From: Verrucomicrobiia bacterium
GTDB taxonomy: Bacteria; Verrucomicrobiota; Verrucomicrobiia; Palsa-1439
NCBI GenBank assembly: GCA_035515475.1
Contig: DATJBF010000070.1
Location: 3,228-67,227 of the forward strand
Length of the DNA: 64,000 nucleotides
Direction: 5' to 3'
Positions 8,881 through 17,968 of the stretch are shown one piece after another (positions within the stretch are counted from its first letter, which is position 1; every line of letters starts with the position of its first letter). The position numbers and the translations under genes are program-made. A model generated the notes under the pieces. That model ran no database searches and was not told the DNA's origin. It saw nothing but the letters and a program-made list of their open reading frames with translations.

Positions 8881-10653
8881 TTACGGCGGTTCTTGCCACC
8901 ACGGTCGCTCGACCTGGTAAACGTAGATTGAATACCCGATGACCACCACGGGCGTTGTGTCCGACAGGGGTTTGTAGAAGTCGCGCCAGCGTTCAGTAAA
9001 ATAGACCCCGCGCAGGTTGGTGGCGCTGACGGCCACCAGTCCGGGCAACTCCGGCGGGGCCACGAATTTCTCGTCAAAAAAGGGCGCGCCGGGCAGGTGA
9101 GTGCAGTGAATCTTGTAGTACGCGGGATCGGCAGTCCCAAAGTAACTCAGGTTGATGTGCTGCACGTGGTTCTCGTCCATCCAACCTTTCAAGCCTTTCA
9201 GGTCCTGGCCCCAGTCGAGGCTGGAATCGACGAGATACTTGTATCCGTTGCGCGGGCCGCCGACGAACCGGTTGAAGAAGGCGAGGTAGTGTGGGGCGAC
9301 CGATGCCAGTTCCCCAACGGCCAGAAGGCACAAGGCTCCCAACAACCCCTGGAGTGGACGTCGTTTCGTATACCAGAGCTTGGCCACAGCTTTCCCCGCC
9401 AGGAGTAACACGAATGGATAAATCGGCAGAATGTGACGCAGGCCGATGTTCAATTTGGCGGCCATCGCCGGCCCGAGGAATCCTGCAATCGACAGCAAAG
9501 CGTAGAGGTCGTCGCGAAAAAAACCGCCGCGCCGCTCGGCGCACAGGAACAGGCCCCCGAGGAAGAGCACGATGACCGACACCGGCGTTTTGATCAAAAA
9601 GGCCAGTGGAAAGAAATACCACCAACCCTGGACGCTGTATTGCCCCGCAAGAAATCCGCCACGGACTTGTGCCTTGGCCTGGGTGACGAAGAAACCCTGG
9701 AGATACGCGTTGGGCAACAAACGATGGTCGTCCGCCCAGCCCACGACGCGGGCGATCCCGGGCACACGGTCCTGCATGGACGGGTCGGCGGGGAAATCCA
9801 TTTTCCACGTGTTCGACGCCGACGGCAGGAAGCGGAAGCCATAACTTGCCCAGATGGCGAGCCACGCCGTAAGGCTGAGCGCGACGAAGATTGCCAGTCC
9901 CGCCAACGTCTTCCGCCCCATGCCGGCCAGTTCACCGCTGTGGCCGAAGCTCCCGCGCCATGGGGTTCGCTGGCAGACGCGCGCAACGAGCAACAGCAGC
10001 ACCACAGGACCGAGAAGAATTGCCGTGAATTTGCTGATCTGCGCCAGCGTGAAGAACCCGATCAGGCCGCAAAGATTGGCGGGGGTCAACTTCCGTGCGG
10101 TCCTCCAAAGAAAGTAGATCGTTCCAAATGCGAAACAGGTCACCCCGAAATCGGTTGTCACGAGGCTCGAATTGGCGAGAATGTTTGGTTCCATCGTGTA
10201 CAGAGCCAACACGATCAGCGCCGGCGCAAACCCGAGGAACTCTCGCGTCCAGCAGAACAGCAGGATGCCCAGCAACACGCCCAGCAGCACGATCATGAAC
10301 CGGGCGGGGTAGAGGAGTCGGTCGGCATCGTTCATGACGTACAGGAAACCATGGCAAAACTCGAACTGCACGGTGCCAATCCAGGCCAACGGGTCGACTT
10401 TGTCGATCACGCGGACTTCCATCTTGATGTCGTGCCTCGCCAGCAGTGGCAACGCCGCCCACATGCGTAGAAACGGCGGATGTTCCGGATCGGTTCGGTA
10501 GTCGTGGAATTTCAGCGCGGTATAGCCCGCGATCAGATGTTGCGGCTCATCCCAGGTCGCCGACTCCTGGCGGTAGCTGGTCACGGTCAGGGTAATGAAC
10601 ACGGCAGCGAAGACGGACAGCGCAAGTGCCGTCCGCACCCAGGGCTGATTCAT
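8881..10653 (-). CDS. GT-C fold (GT39/PMT-like) membrane glycosyltransferase, array copy 5 (most downstream)
   Basis: Polytopic; 'ESATWDEPQH', 'DPEHPP', 'TTDFG', 'LNIGLRH', 'DSSLDWGQ'; start set by alignment with paralogs. Confidence 0.8.
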   Translation of the reverse strand: MNQPWVRTALALSVFAAVFITLTVTSYRQESATWDEPQHLIAGYTALKFHDYRTDPEHPPFLRMWAALPLLARHDIKMEVRVIDKVDPLAWIGTVQFEFCHGFLYVMNDADRLLYPARFMIVLLGVLLGILLFCWTREFLGFAPALIVLALYTMEPNILANSSLVTTDFGVTCFAFGTIYFLWRTARKLTPANLCGLIGFFTLAQISKFTAILLGPVVLLLLVARVCQRTPWRGSFGHSGELAGMGRKTLAGLAIFVALSLTAWLAIWASYGFRFLPSASNTWKMDFPADPSMQDRVPGIARVVGWADDHRLLPNAYLQGFFVTQAKAQVRGGFLAGQYSVQGWWYFFPLAFLIKTPVSVIVLFLGGLFLCAERRGGFFRDDLYALLSIAGFLGPAMAAKLNIGLRHILPIYPFVLLLAGKAVAKLWYTKRRPLQGLLGALCLLAVGELASVAPHYLAFFNRFVGGPRNGYKYLVDSSLDWGQDLKGLKGWMDENHVQHINLSYFGTADPAYYKIHCTHLPGAPFFDEKFVAPPELPGLVAVSATNLRGVYFTERWRDFYKPLSDTTPVVVIGYSIYVYQVERPWWQEPP

Positions 10654-10705
10654 AGGCGCGGATTGTAGCCGCTGGGCGCGGGAGCGACTAGAAAAACCTC
10701 GCGGG
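10654..10705 (-). repeat. 52-bp conserved inter-gene spacer carrying TACAAT -10 box (1 of 4)
   Basis: Minus strand cccgcgaggtttttctagtcgctcccgcgcccagcggcTACAATccgcgcct-ATG. Confidence 0.8.
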
Positions 10706-12460
10706 CTACCACCACGGCTGCTCGACCCAATAAACATAGATGCAGTAGCCGAGGACGGCTACGGGTGTTTGGTCCCGCAACGGGGCGTACAGACTCCGTT
10801 CGACGTCGTTCAGGTACGCCCCGCGGAGATAAGTGGCGCTGATGGCGACGTAGCCGGGCAGCTGTGGCGGGGTGATTCGGCTGCGGTCGAAGAACGGCGC
10901 GCCCGGTAGCGGGGTATAATCGATCCCGTAGTACGTCGGGTCGGCTATCCCGAAGTAACTCAGGTTGATGCGGCGGACGTGGTGCTCCGTCATCCATCGT
11001 TTCAAGAGTTTCAGTCCCTGGCCCCAATCCAGGTTTGAGTCCACGAGGTATTCGGCGCCGTGGCGCGGGCCGCCGATGCTCACGTTGAAGAACGCGAGGC
11101 AGTACGGGTAGACCGTGGCGAATTCGGCCAATTGGCCCACGCACAAGACAGTCAGGATAAGGCGTCGCCAGCGGCGGCGCGAACCTGTTGCCAGCGGCGC
11201 GAGCAGCGCGGCAATTGTCCAACCCGCCAGCAGGAGCATGAACGGATAGATCATCAGAACGTGACGGAGCCCGATATTCAGATGGCCCGCCAGCGCGGTG
11301 GCCAGATAGACGCCGGGCGGCGCCAGAACGAACAGCGCATCGTGCCCCCGCGCCTTCCACTGAGCCACGCACAGCAAAAAACCGACGACAGCTGTCAACA
11401 ACAGGGACAGGGGCGTCTTGATCAGAATCGCGAGCGGAAAATAATACCACCAGCCGTCGTTGCTGAATTTGCCCATGAGGTATCCGGTCCGCCCCTGGGT
11501 TGTCGTGGCCATGGAAGCGAATCCCTGCGCGCAGGCGTTGGGCAGCAGGTGATGATCGTCAATCCATTGCATGACTCGCATCAGTTGTGGAAGATGGTTT
11601 TGCGCTTGAACGGTCATCACAAACCGTTCGGGCGTGCTTCCCGGAGTGGGCGCGTAACGGAACGCATAAACGCCCCAGAGTGCCGCGTATGACGTAAGCA
11701 GCAAGGCGCCCATGACCAGCACGGTCAACAAGCCCTTCGACGCCCGGGTGGTAAGGAGCTTCGGATGACCGAGCCGCAGTTGCCAGGGCGTGGCCTGGAG
11801 TGCCCGGATTAAGAGCAAGGCGAATAGGACAAGTCCGGTAAGTACGGCTGAGTATTTGCTGATTTGTGCCAGCACGAAGAACACGGCGAAGCCGGTCAGG
11901 TTGCCCGGGCTGAATTGACCGGCGAGTCGCCACGCGAAATAGGTGGCGCCGAACACGAGGCAGGTCGAGCCCAAATCCGTCGTGACCAGTCCCGAATGCG
12001 CCAGCAGATTCGGCTCGATGCAGTAGAATCCGAGAACGATTACGGCCGGCCAAAACCCGAACAACTCCCGGGCCCAGCAAAAGACCAAGATGCCGAGCAG
12101 CACCCCGAGGAGGGCGATCATGAAGCGAGCGCGAGACAGCAACAAATCCGCATCGTTGTCCTGAAACAGGAACTGATGGCAAAAGAGATACGGCTCGCCG
12201 TTCAGCCAGTACTGGCTGTTGGTTGCCACCTTGACGTTGGGGAGCGCCAGGAGTGGGAGCGCGGCCCACAGGCGAAGCAGCGGCGGATGTTCCGGGTCCA
12301 GCCGGTAGTCGTGCAGCTTGAGTGCGGTATAACCGGGCACGAGATGTTGGGGTTCGTCATAAGTCGCCGACTCCAGCCGGTAACATCCGATGGTCAGGGT
12401 CAGGTAGACCACGGCAAAGACGGCCAGCACGAGGGCAGTGCGAATCCAAGGTCGACTCAT
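10706..12460 (-). CDS. GT-C fold membrane glycosyltransferase, array copy 4
   Basis: 'ESATYDEPQH', 'DPEHPP', 'LNIGLRH', 'DSNLDWGQ', ends PWW. Confidence 0.8.
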   Translation of the reverse strand: MSRPWIRTALVLAVFAVVYLTLTIGCYRLESATYDEPQHLVPGYTALKLHDYRLDPEHPPLLRLWAALPLLALPNVKVATNSQYWLNGEPYLFCHQFLFQDNDADLLLSRARFMIALLGVLLGILVFCWARELFGFWPAVIVLGFYCIEPNLLAHSGLVTTDLGSTCLVFGATYFAWRLAGQFSPGNLTGFAVFFVLAQISKYSAVLTGLVLFALLLIRALQATPWQLRLGHPKLLTTRASKGLLTVLVMGALLLTSYAALWGVYAFRYAPTPGSTPERFVMTVQAQNHLPQLMRVMQWIDDHHLLPNACAQGFASMATTTQGRTGYLMGKFSNDGWWYYFPLAILIKTPLSLLLTAVVGFLLCVAQWKARGHDALFVLAPPGVYLATALAGHLNIGLRHVLMIYPFMLLLAGWTIAALLAPLATGSRRRWRRLILTVLCVGQLAEFATVYPYCLAFFNVSIGGPRHGAEYLVDSNLDWGQGLKLLKRWMTEHHVRRINLSYFGIADPTYYGIDYTPLPGAPFFDRSRITPPQLPGYVAISATYLRGAYLNDVERSLYAPLRDQTPVAVLGYCIYVYWVEQPWW

Positions 12461-12512
12461 CGCCGTGGATTGTAGCGGCTGGGCACGGAAGCGACGAGAG
12501 AAACGTTGCGAG
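12461..12512 (-). repeat. 52-bp conserved spacer with TACAAT (2 of 4)
   Basis: Same length and layout as the other spacers; TACAAT 8 nt before ATG. Confidence 0.8.
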
Positions 12513-14270
12513 CTACCACCACGGCCGCTCGACCCGGTAGATGTAGAGACAATAGCCGAGCACGGCGACGGGTTGACGTTGCCGCAACGGAGCGTACACA
12601 TCCTTGCCGAAGTCGCTGATGTACAGGCCGCGGAGATTGGTGGCGCTGACGGCGACGTAGCCGGGGAGTTCGGGCCAGGAGACCCGGGGGCGATCAAAGA
12701 ATGGGGCGCCGGGCAGCGGGGTATCGTCGATGCCGTAATACGCCGGGTCAGCCGTACCGAAGTAACTCAAGTTGATGTGACGGACGTGATTTTCCGTCAT
12801 CCACCCCTTGAGCAACTTCAGACCCTGGCCCCAATCCAGATTTGAATCGACGAGGTATTCCGCGCCGTATCGTGGACCGCCCACGCTCAGGTTAAAAAAT
12901 GCGAGGCAATACGGATAGATCGCGACGAATTCCGCCAACTGGGCAAGACACAAAATTGCCAGGACAACGCTTCGCCAACGTCTCCGCGTGTCGGACGCAG
13001 GCGGCGGCAGGAGGGCGCTGATGGTCCACCCAGCCACGAGAAGGACAAATGGATAGACCGTCAGGATGTGACGCAGTCCGATGTTCAAATGACCCTCGAT
13101 GGCCGCGCCGAGGTAAACGACGGGTGGCCCCGAGACGAAGAACGCATCGCATCCGCTCGTCTGCTGTCGCGCGACACACAGAATCAAGCCGATGGCGGCC
13201 ATCGCCAGCAACGCGACCGGAGTCTTGATCAGGAACGCCAGCGGAAAGTAATACCACCAACCTCGGCTGCTGAGTTCGCCCAGGAGATACGCCAGCCGCC
13301 GTTGCGCCGTCACCGCCATGGAGGCGAATCCTTGGGCACACGCGTTGGGCAAAAGATGGTGTTCGTCAATCCATTGCATGAAATGAACGAATTGCGGCAT
13401 CCGGCGCTGGGCTACGTCGGTCATCGCAAACCGAGCTTGCTCGATTCCCGCCGTCGTCGGCGCGTAGCGAAAGGCGTAAACGCCCCACAACGCTGCGTAC
13501 GAAACGGTCAGCAACCCGCCGATGGTGACCGCCGCCAGCAGCGCCTTCGACACGCGCCCCGTGATCACTTTCGGATGACCGAGATTGCAGAGCCACGGCA
13601 CGGAATTCAGCGCCCGGAACAACAGGAGTGCGAACAAGACGGGGTACAGCAGCACCGCCGAGTACTTGCTGATTTGCGCCAGCACAAAGAACACGACCAG
13701 CCCAGCCAAGTTCCCGATGGTGATGCGGCGGGCGCTGCGCCAGGCGAAGTAGACCGCGCCGAACATGAAGCAGGTCGCACCCAGATCGGTCGTCACCAAG
13801 CCGGAATGGGCCACCAGATTCGGTTCCGTGCAGTACAGTCCCAGGACGATCGTGGCCGGCCAAAATCCGAACAACTCTCGCGCCCAACTGAAGAGCAGAA
13901 CGCCGAGGAGCACGCCCAACAACGCGATCATGAATCGGGCGCGGAAGAGCAAACGATCCGCGTCGTTGTCCTGGTAAAGGAATTGATGACAGAAACTGTG
14001 CTGATCGCCGGACCACCAGTACGGGCTGTCGGTCGCCAGCTTGATGTCGCGGGTTGCCAGCAGCGGCAGAGCCGCCCACATGCGGACTAGGGGTGGATGT
14101 TCGGGGCCGAAACGGTAGTCGTGCAGTTTCCACGCGATGTAGCCTTCCGTGAGATGCTGCGGCTCATCATAAGTCGCGGACTCCAGGCGGTAACAGCCGA
14201 CGACCAACGCAAGGAAGACCGCGGCAAAAACGGTCAGCACGAGTGCCGTCCGGATCCAGGGCCGATTCAT
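12513..14270 (-). CDS. GT-C fold membrane glycosyltransferase, array copy 3
   Basis: 'ESATYDEPQH', 'GPEHPP', 'LNIGLRH', 'DSNLDWGQ', ends PWW. Confidence 0.8.
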   Translation of the reverse strand: MNRPWIRTALVLTVFAAVFLALVVGCYRLESATYDEPQHLTEGYIAWKLHDYRFGPEHPPLVRMWAALPLLATRDIKLATDSPYWWSGDQHSFCHQFLYQDNDADRLLFRARFMIALLGVLLGVLLFSWARELFGFWPATIVLGLYCTEPNLVAHSGLVTTDLGATCFMFGAVYFAWRSARRITIGNLAGLVVFFVLAQISKYSAVLLYPVLFALLLFRALNSVPWLCNLGHPKVITGRVSKALLAAVTIGGLLTVSYAALWGVYAFRYAPTTAGIEQARFAMTDVAQRRMPQFVHFMQWIDEHHLLPNACAQGFASMAVTAQRRLAYLLGELSSRGWWYYFPLAFLIKTPVALLAMAAIGLILCVARQQTSGCDAFFVSGPPVVYLGAAIEGHLNIGLRHILTVYPFVLLVAGWTISALLPPPASDTRRRWRSVVLAILCLAQLAEFVAIYPYCLAFFNLSVGGPRYGAEYLVDSNLDWGQGLKLLKGWMTENHVRHINLSYFGTADPAYYGIDDTPLPGAPFFDRPRVSWPELPGYVAVSATNLRGLYISDFGKDVYAPLRQRQPVAVLGYCLYIYRVERPWW

Positions 14271-14322
14271 CGCGGCGGATTGTAACGGCTGGGCGCAGGA
14301 GCGACCACAAAAACCTCGTCGG
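14271..14322 (-). repeat. 52-bp conserved spacer with TACAAT (3 of 4)
   Basis: ccgacgaggtttttgtggtcgctcctgcgcccagccgtTACAATccgccgcg-ATG. Confidence 0.8.
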
Positions 14323-16056
14323 CTACCACCATGGCTTTTCGACCCAGTAGACGTAGATGCTGTACCCGAGGACAACAACGGGCGTCCGCGCTTGCAGCGG
14401 TGCGTACCAACTGCTGCCGCCGGTGTAGGAGCACCGGAGATTGGTGGCGCTGACGGCGACGTAGCCGGGCAATCGCGGCGCGGCAATTCGCTCCTGATCG
14501 AAGAATGGCGCCCCGGGGAGGGGAGTATCTTCGATCCCGTAATACGCCGGGTCGGCGTGACCGAAGTAACTCAGATTGATGTGGCGCACGTGGTTCTGCA
14601 TCATCCACTGTTTCAAGAGTTTCAGGTCTTGTCCCCAATCCAGGTTCGAGTCCACGAGGTAATCGGCGCCATGCCGCGGGCCGCCAACGGCGATGTTGAA
14701 AAAGGCGAGGCAGTGCGGGTAGATCGCGACGAATTCCGCCAGTTGGCCGGCGCACAGGACGATCAGGGCGAAGCGTCGCCAAGGGAACCACGATCGGGTT
14801 GCGGTCGGCGCGAGAAGCGCGGTGATTGTCCACCCGGCCCACAAAAGGATGAACGGGTAGATCACCAGAATGTGGCGGAGCCCGATATTCACGTGACTCA
14901 CCACGGCCGTGCCAAAGTAGAAGACCGGCGGCCCGACCATGAATAGCGCATCGGGATGAACCTTGCCCCAGCGGAAAATGCACCATGTCAGGCCGCCAAG
15001 CGACATCACCAACAGGGCTAACGGCGTCTTGATTAGGAACGCCAAGGGGAAGTAATACCACCAGCCTTGAGGGCCGACCTTTCCGCAGAGGTAGGCGGGG
15101 TGCTGTCTGGCGAGCACGGAGGCGAAGCCGTGGATGCTGGCGTTGGGCAACAAATGGTGCTGTTGGATCCATTGGACGAAGCGCATCAGATGCGGTCGAT
15201 GCTCCGCCCCGGCGGTTATGGCAAAGACTCCCGCCTCCGACGGTGCATAGCGGAAATCGTAACCGGCCCAGATGGCACCGTAGGAAAGCGCCAGCAAACC
15301 GCCAACTATTGCCACGACGAGCACCACTTTCGGCCGCCACCCGGTGAGCGGTTTCGGCCGGCCGCTACGCCACGGCCAAGGCGCCGCACTCAGTGCGCGA
15401 ACCAACAGCAAGGCCAACAACACCGGCCCCAAGAGTAGCGCCGAATACTTGCTGACCTGCGCCAGTGCGAAGAACACGGCGAGCCCGATCAAGTTGCCGG
15501 GGCTCAGTTCGCGAGCGGTCCTCCAAGCAAAGTAGACCGCGCCGAAGATAAAGCAGGTCGCGCCCAGATCGGTGGTCACCAGCCCGGAATGGGCCACCAG
15601 ATTTGGTTCCACGCAGTACAGTCCCAGGACGATCGTGGCCGGCCAAAATCCAGACAACTCCCGCGCCCAACTGAAGAGCAAAACGCCGAGGAGCACTCCG
15701 AGCAGCGCAATCATGAATCGCGCCCGAAAGAGCAAGCGGTCCGCGTCGTTGTCCTGGTAGAGGAATTGATGGGCAAACGGATATTCGTCTCCCGCCAGCC
15801 AGCGCGGACTGTTCGTGTTGAACTTGATGTTGGAGGAAGCCAGGACCAATGGCAGCGCGGCCCACATTCGGAGGAAGGGCGGATGTTCGGCACCCATGCG
15901 GTAATCGCCCAGTTTCAGGGCGGCATAGCCCGCCACAAGATGCTCCGGTTCGTCCATGGTGGCCGACTCCAATCGGTAACAGCCGACAACCAACGCCAGG
16001 AATACCGCGGCAAACACGACCAACACGAGTGCGGGGCGAATCCACGGACGATTCAT
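14323..16056 (-). CDS. GT-C fold membrane glycosyltransferase, array copy 2
   Basis: 'ESATMDEPEH', 'GAEHPP', 'VNIGLRH', 'DSNLDWGQ', ends PWW. Confidence 0.8.
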   Translation of the reverse strand: MNRPWIRPALVLVVFAAVFLALVVGCYRLESATMDEPEHLVAGYAALKLGDYRMGAEHPPFLRMWAALPLVLASSNIKFNTNSPRWLAGDEYPFAHQFLYQDNDADRLLFRARFMIALLGVLLGVLLFSWARELSGFWPATIVLGLYCVEPNLVAHSGLVTTDLGATCFIFGAVYFAWRTARELSPGNLIGLAVFFALAQVSKYSALLLGPVLLALLLVRALSAAPWPWRSGRPKPLTGWRPKVVLVVAIVGGLLALSYGAIWAGYDFRYAPSEAGVFAITAGAEHRPHLMRFVQWIQQHHLLPNASIHGFASVLARQHPAYLCGKVGPQGWWYYFPLAFLIKTPLALLVMSLGGLTWCIFRWGKVHPDALFMVGPPVFYFGTAVVSHVNIGLRHILVIYPFILLWAGWTITALLAPTATRSWFPWRRFALIVLCAGQLAEFVAIYPHCLAFFNIAVGGPRHGADYLVDSNLDWGQDLKLLKQWMMQNHVRHINLSYFGHADPAYYGIEDTPLPGAPFFDQERIAAPRLPGYVAVSATNLRCSYTGGSSWYAPLQARTPVVVLGYSIYVYWVEKPWW

Positions 16057-16108
16057 CGCAACGGATTCTAGCGGCTCGCCGCGGCGGCGACCACAAAAAC
16101 CTCGCCGG
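16057..16108 (-). repeat. 52-bp conserved spacer with TAGAAT (4 of 4)
   Basis: ccggcgaggtttttgtggtcgccgccgcggcgagccgcTAGAATccgttgcg-ATG. Confidence 0.8.
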
Positions 16109-17857
16109 CTACCACCACGGCCGGTCGATCCAGTAGACGTAGATGCTATAGCCGAGGACGGCGACCGGTGTTCGCTCCCGCAGCGGCGCGTACAATTTCC
16201 TTTCGGAATCCGTCAGGTAGGCGCCACGGAGATTGGTGGCGCTGATGGCCACGTAACCGGGTAAGCGGATTGCACTGATCGGTTCGGCCTGTAAGTATGA
16301 CTGGCCGGGCAATAGCGTGCAGTTGATTCCGTAGTAGGCCGGGTCGGCCGTGCCGAAGTAACTCAGATTGATGTGATGGATCTGATGCTTCTTCATCCAT
16401 TGGCCCAAGAGCTTCAGACCCTGCCCCCAATCCAGATTTGAGTCCACCAGGTACTCCGAACCATGGCGCGCCCCGCCAACACTTGCGTTGAAGAATGACA
16501 GACAAAACGGGTAGATCATGGCGAACTCGACAACCTGAGCCAAACACAGTGCCGCCAGCACCAGCCTCCGCCAAGCGCGGCGAACTTGCGCTGTTCCTTC
16601 CGACAATAATTCCGCGATGGTCCAGCCGGCCAACAGGAGGATGAACGGGTAAACCGTCAAGACGTGGCGCAGGCCGATGTTCAACTGGCCGGCCATTGCC
16701 GCGCCGAGGTAGAGGGCGGGGGGCACCACGACAAACAGCGTGTCGCGGTTCGTCGTCTTCCACCGCACAACGCACAGGACCAAGCCGGTGAGCGCCAGTA
16801 ACAACTCGGCAATCGGAGTCTTGATCAGGATGGCAATCGGGAAGTAATACCACCACCCTTCGATGGTCGTCTGCCCGAGCAGGTAGGCTTGTCGGTGCCA
16901 CATCCACGCCATCGACAACGCGAATCCTTGGACGCAAGCATTGGGCAACAGACGGTGTTTGTCGATCCATCGCGTGACCTCCGCCAGGCGTGGCCACCGA
17001 TAGGCCTTGGCTTCCATGACGAAGATTCCACTCGCTCGCGGCGAGGGCGTGTATCGAAAACCGTAGGCCGCCCAGACCAGAACGTAGGCGATCACCAGCA
17101 ACCCCCCCAGCGTGACGATTACCGCCAATACTTTCGGCCTGCGTGCCGTAAGGAATCTCGAACGGCCGATGCTCCAAGGCCACGGCTCGTCACGGAGCGC
17201 CCGAATCAAGAGCAAGACCGACAACAGGGGCACCAGCGAGACCGCGGGATACTTGGTGATGGGGGCGAGCGTAAAGAACGTGCCGAATCCGACCAGGTTC
17301 CCAACGCTGAATTGTCTCGCCAATCGCCACGCAAAATAGATGGCGCCGAACATGAAACAGGTTGCGCCCAGGTCGTTCGTCACCAGACCCGAAAACGCCA
17401 CCAGATTCGGCTCGGTGCAATACAACCCGAGGACAATCGCCGCAGGCCAGAACCCGAACAAGTCCCGCGCCCAACAAAAGACCAGGATTCCCAACAGCGT
17501 TCCCAGCAGCGCGATCATGAACCGCGCCCGATACAGCAAACGGTCGGCATCGTTGTCCCGATACAGGAAATTGTGGCCGACCCCCCACATGTCACCCAGC
17601 CGCCAGGACTCGCTGGTGGTGTCCAGATGGACGTTGTCAATCGTCAACAGCGGCAGCGCTGCCCACAGCCACACGAGCGGCGGATGTTCGGGATCGATCC
17701 GATAATCGTGCTGCGTCCAGACGGCATACCCGTCGACCAGATGATGCGGTTCGTCAACCGTAGCGGATTCCCGTGTGTAACTTCCGACGACCAGCGTGAG
17801 GAAAACGACAGCGAAAAAGGACAACACGAGGGTCGTGCGAATCGACGGTCGGTTCAT
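16109..17857 (-). CDS. GT-C fold membrane glycosyltransferase, array copy 1 (most upstream)
   Basis: 'ESATVDEPHH', 'DPEHPP', 'LNIGLRH', 'DSNLDWGQ', ends PWW. Confidence 0.8.
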   Translation of the reverse strand: MNRPSIRTTLVLSFFAVVFLTLVVGSYTRESATVDEPHHLVDGYAVWTQHDYRIDPEHPPLVWLWAALPLLTIDNVHLDTTSESWRLGDMWGVGHNFLYRDNDADRLLYRARFMIALLGTLLGILVFCWARDLFGFWPAAIVLGLYCTEPNLVAFSGLVTNDLGATCFMFGAIYFAWRLARQFSVGNLVGFGTFFTLAPITKYPAVSLVPLLSVLLLIRALRDEPWPWSIGRSRFLTARRPKVLAVIVTLGGLLVIAYVLVWAAYGFRYTPSPRASGIFVMEAKAYRWPRLAEVTRWIDKHRLLPNACVQGFALSMAWMWHRQAYLLGQTTIEGWWYYFPIAILIKTPIAELLLALTGLVLCVVRWKTTNRDTLFVVVPPALYLGAAMAGQLNIGLRHVLTVYPFILLLAGWTIAELLSEGTAQVRRAWRRLVLAALCLAQVVEFAMIYPFCLSFFNASVGGARHGSEYLVDSNLDWGQGLKLLGQWMKKHQIHHINLSYFGTADPAYYGINCTLLPGQSYLQAEPISAIRLPGYVAISATNLRGAYLTDSERKLYAPLRERTPVAVLGYSIYVYWIDRPWW

Positions 17858-17968
17858 CGAAATCGAATTGTAGCGACGGCGAATGACTGCGGCGAGCGAA
17901 ACTTTACGCACCGGGGGAATTGTTTTCCGAGTCTTTGGCCGGCTCGGGCTTCGCTGGTTGCGCCTGGC

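Noticed and set aside
10654-16108. Regularly spaced ~52-bp repeats considered as a CRISPR array or attC cassette array
   Set aside because: Spacing is ~1.8 kb of paralogous coding sequence; repeats are degenerate and lack CRISPR or attC (RYYYAAC...GTTRRRY) structure; no cas or integrase gene
8881-17857. Read-through polyprotein of the five GT-C genes
   Set aside because: Each copy has its own stop and the 52-bp spacer is not a multiple of 3
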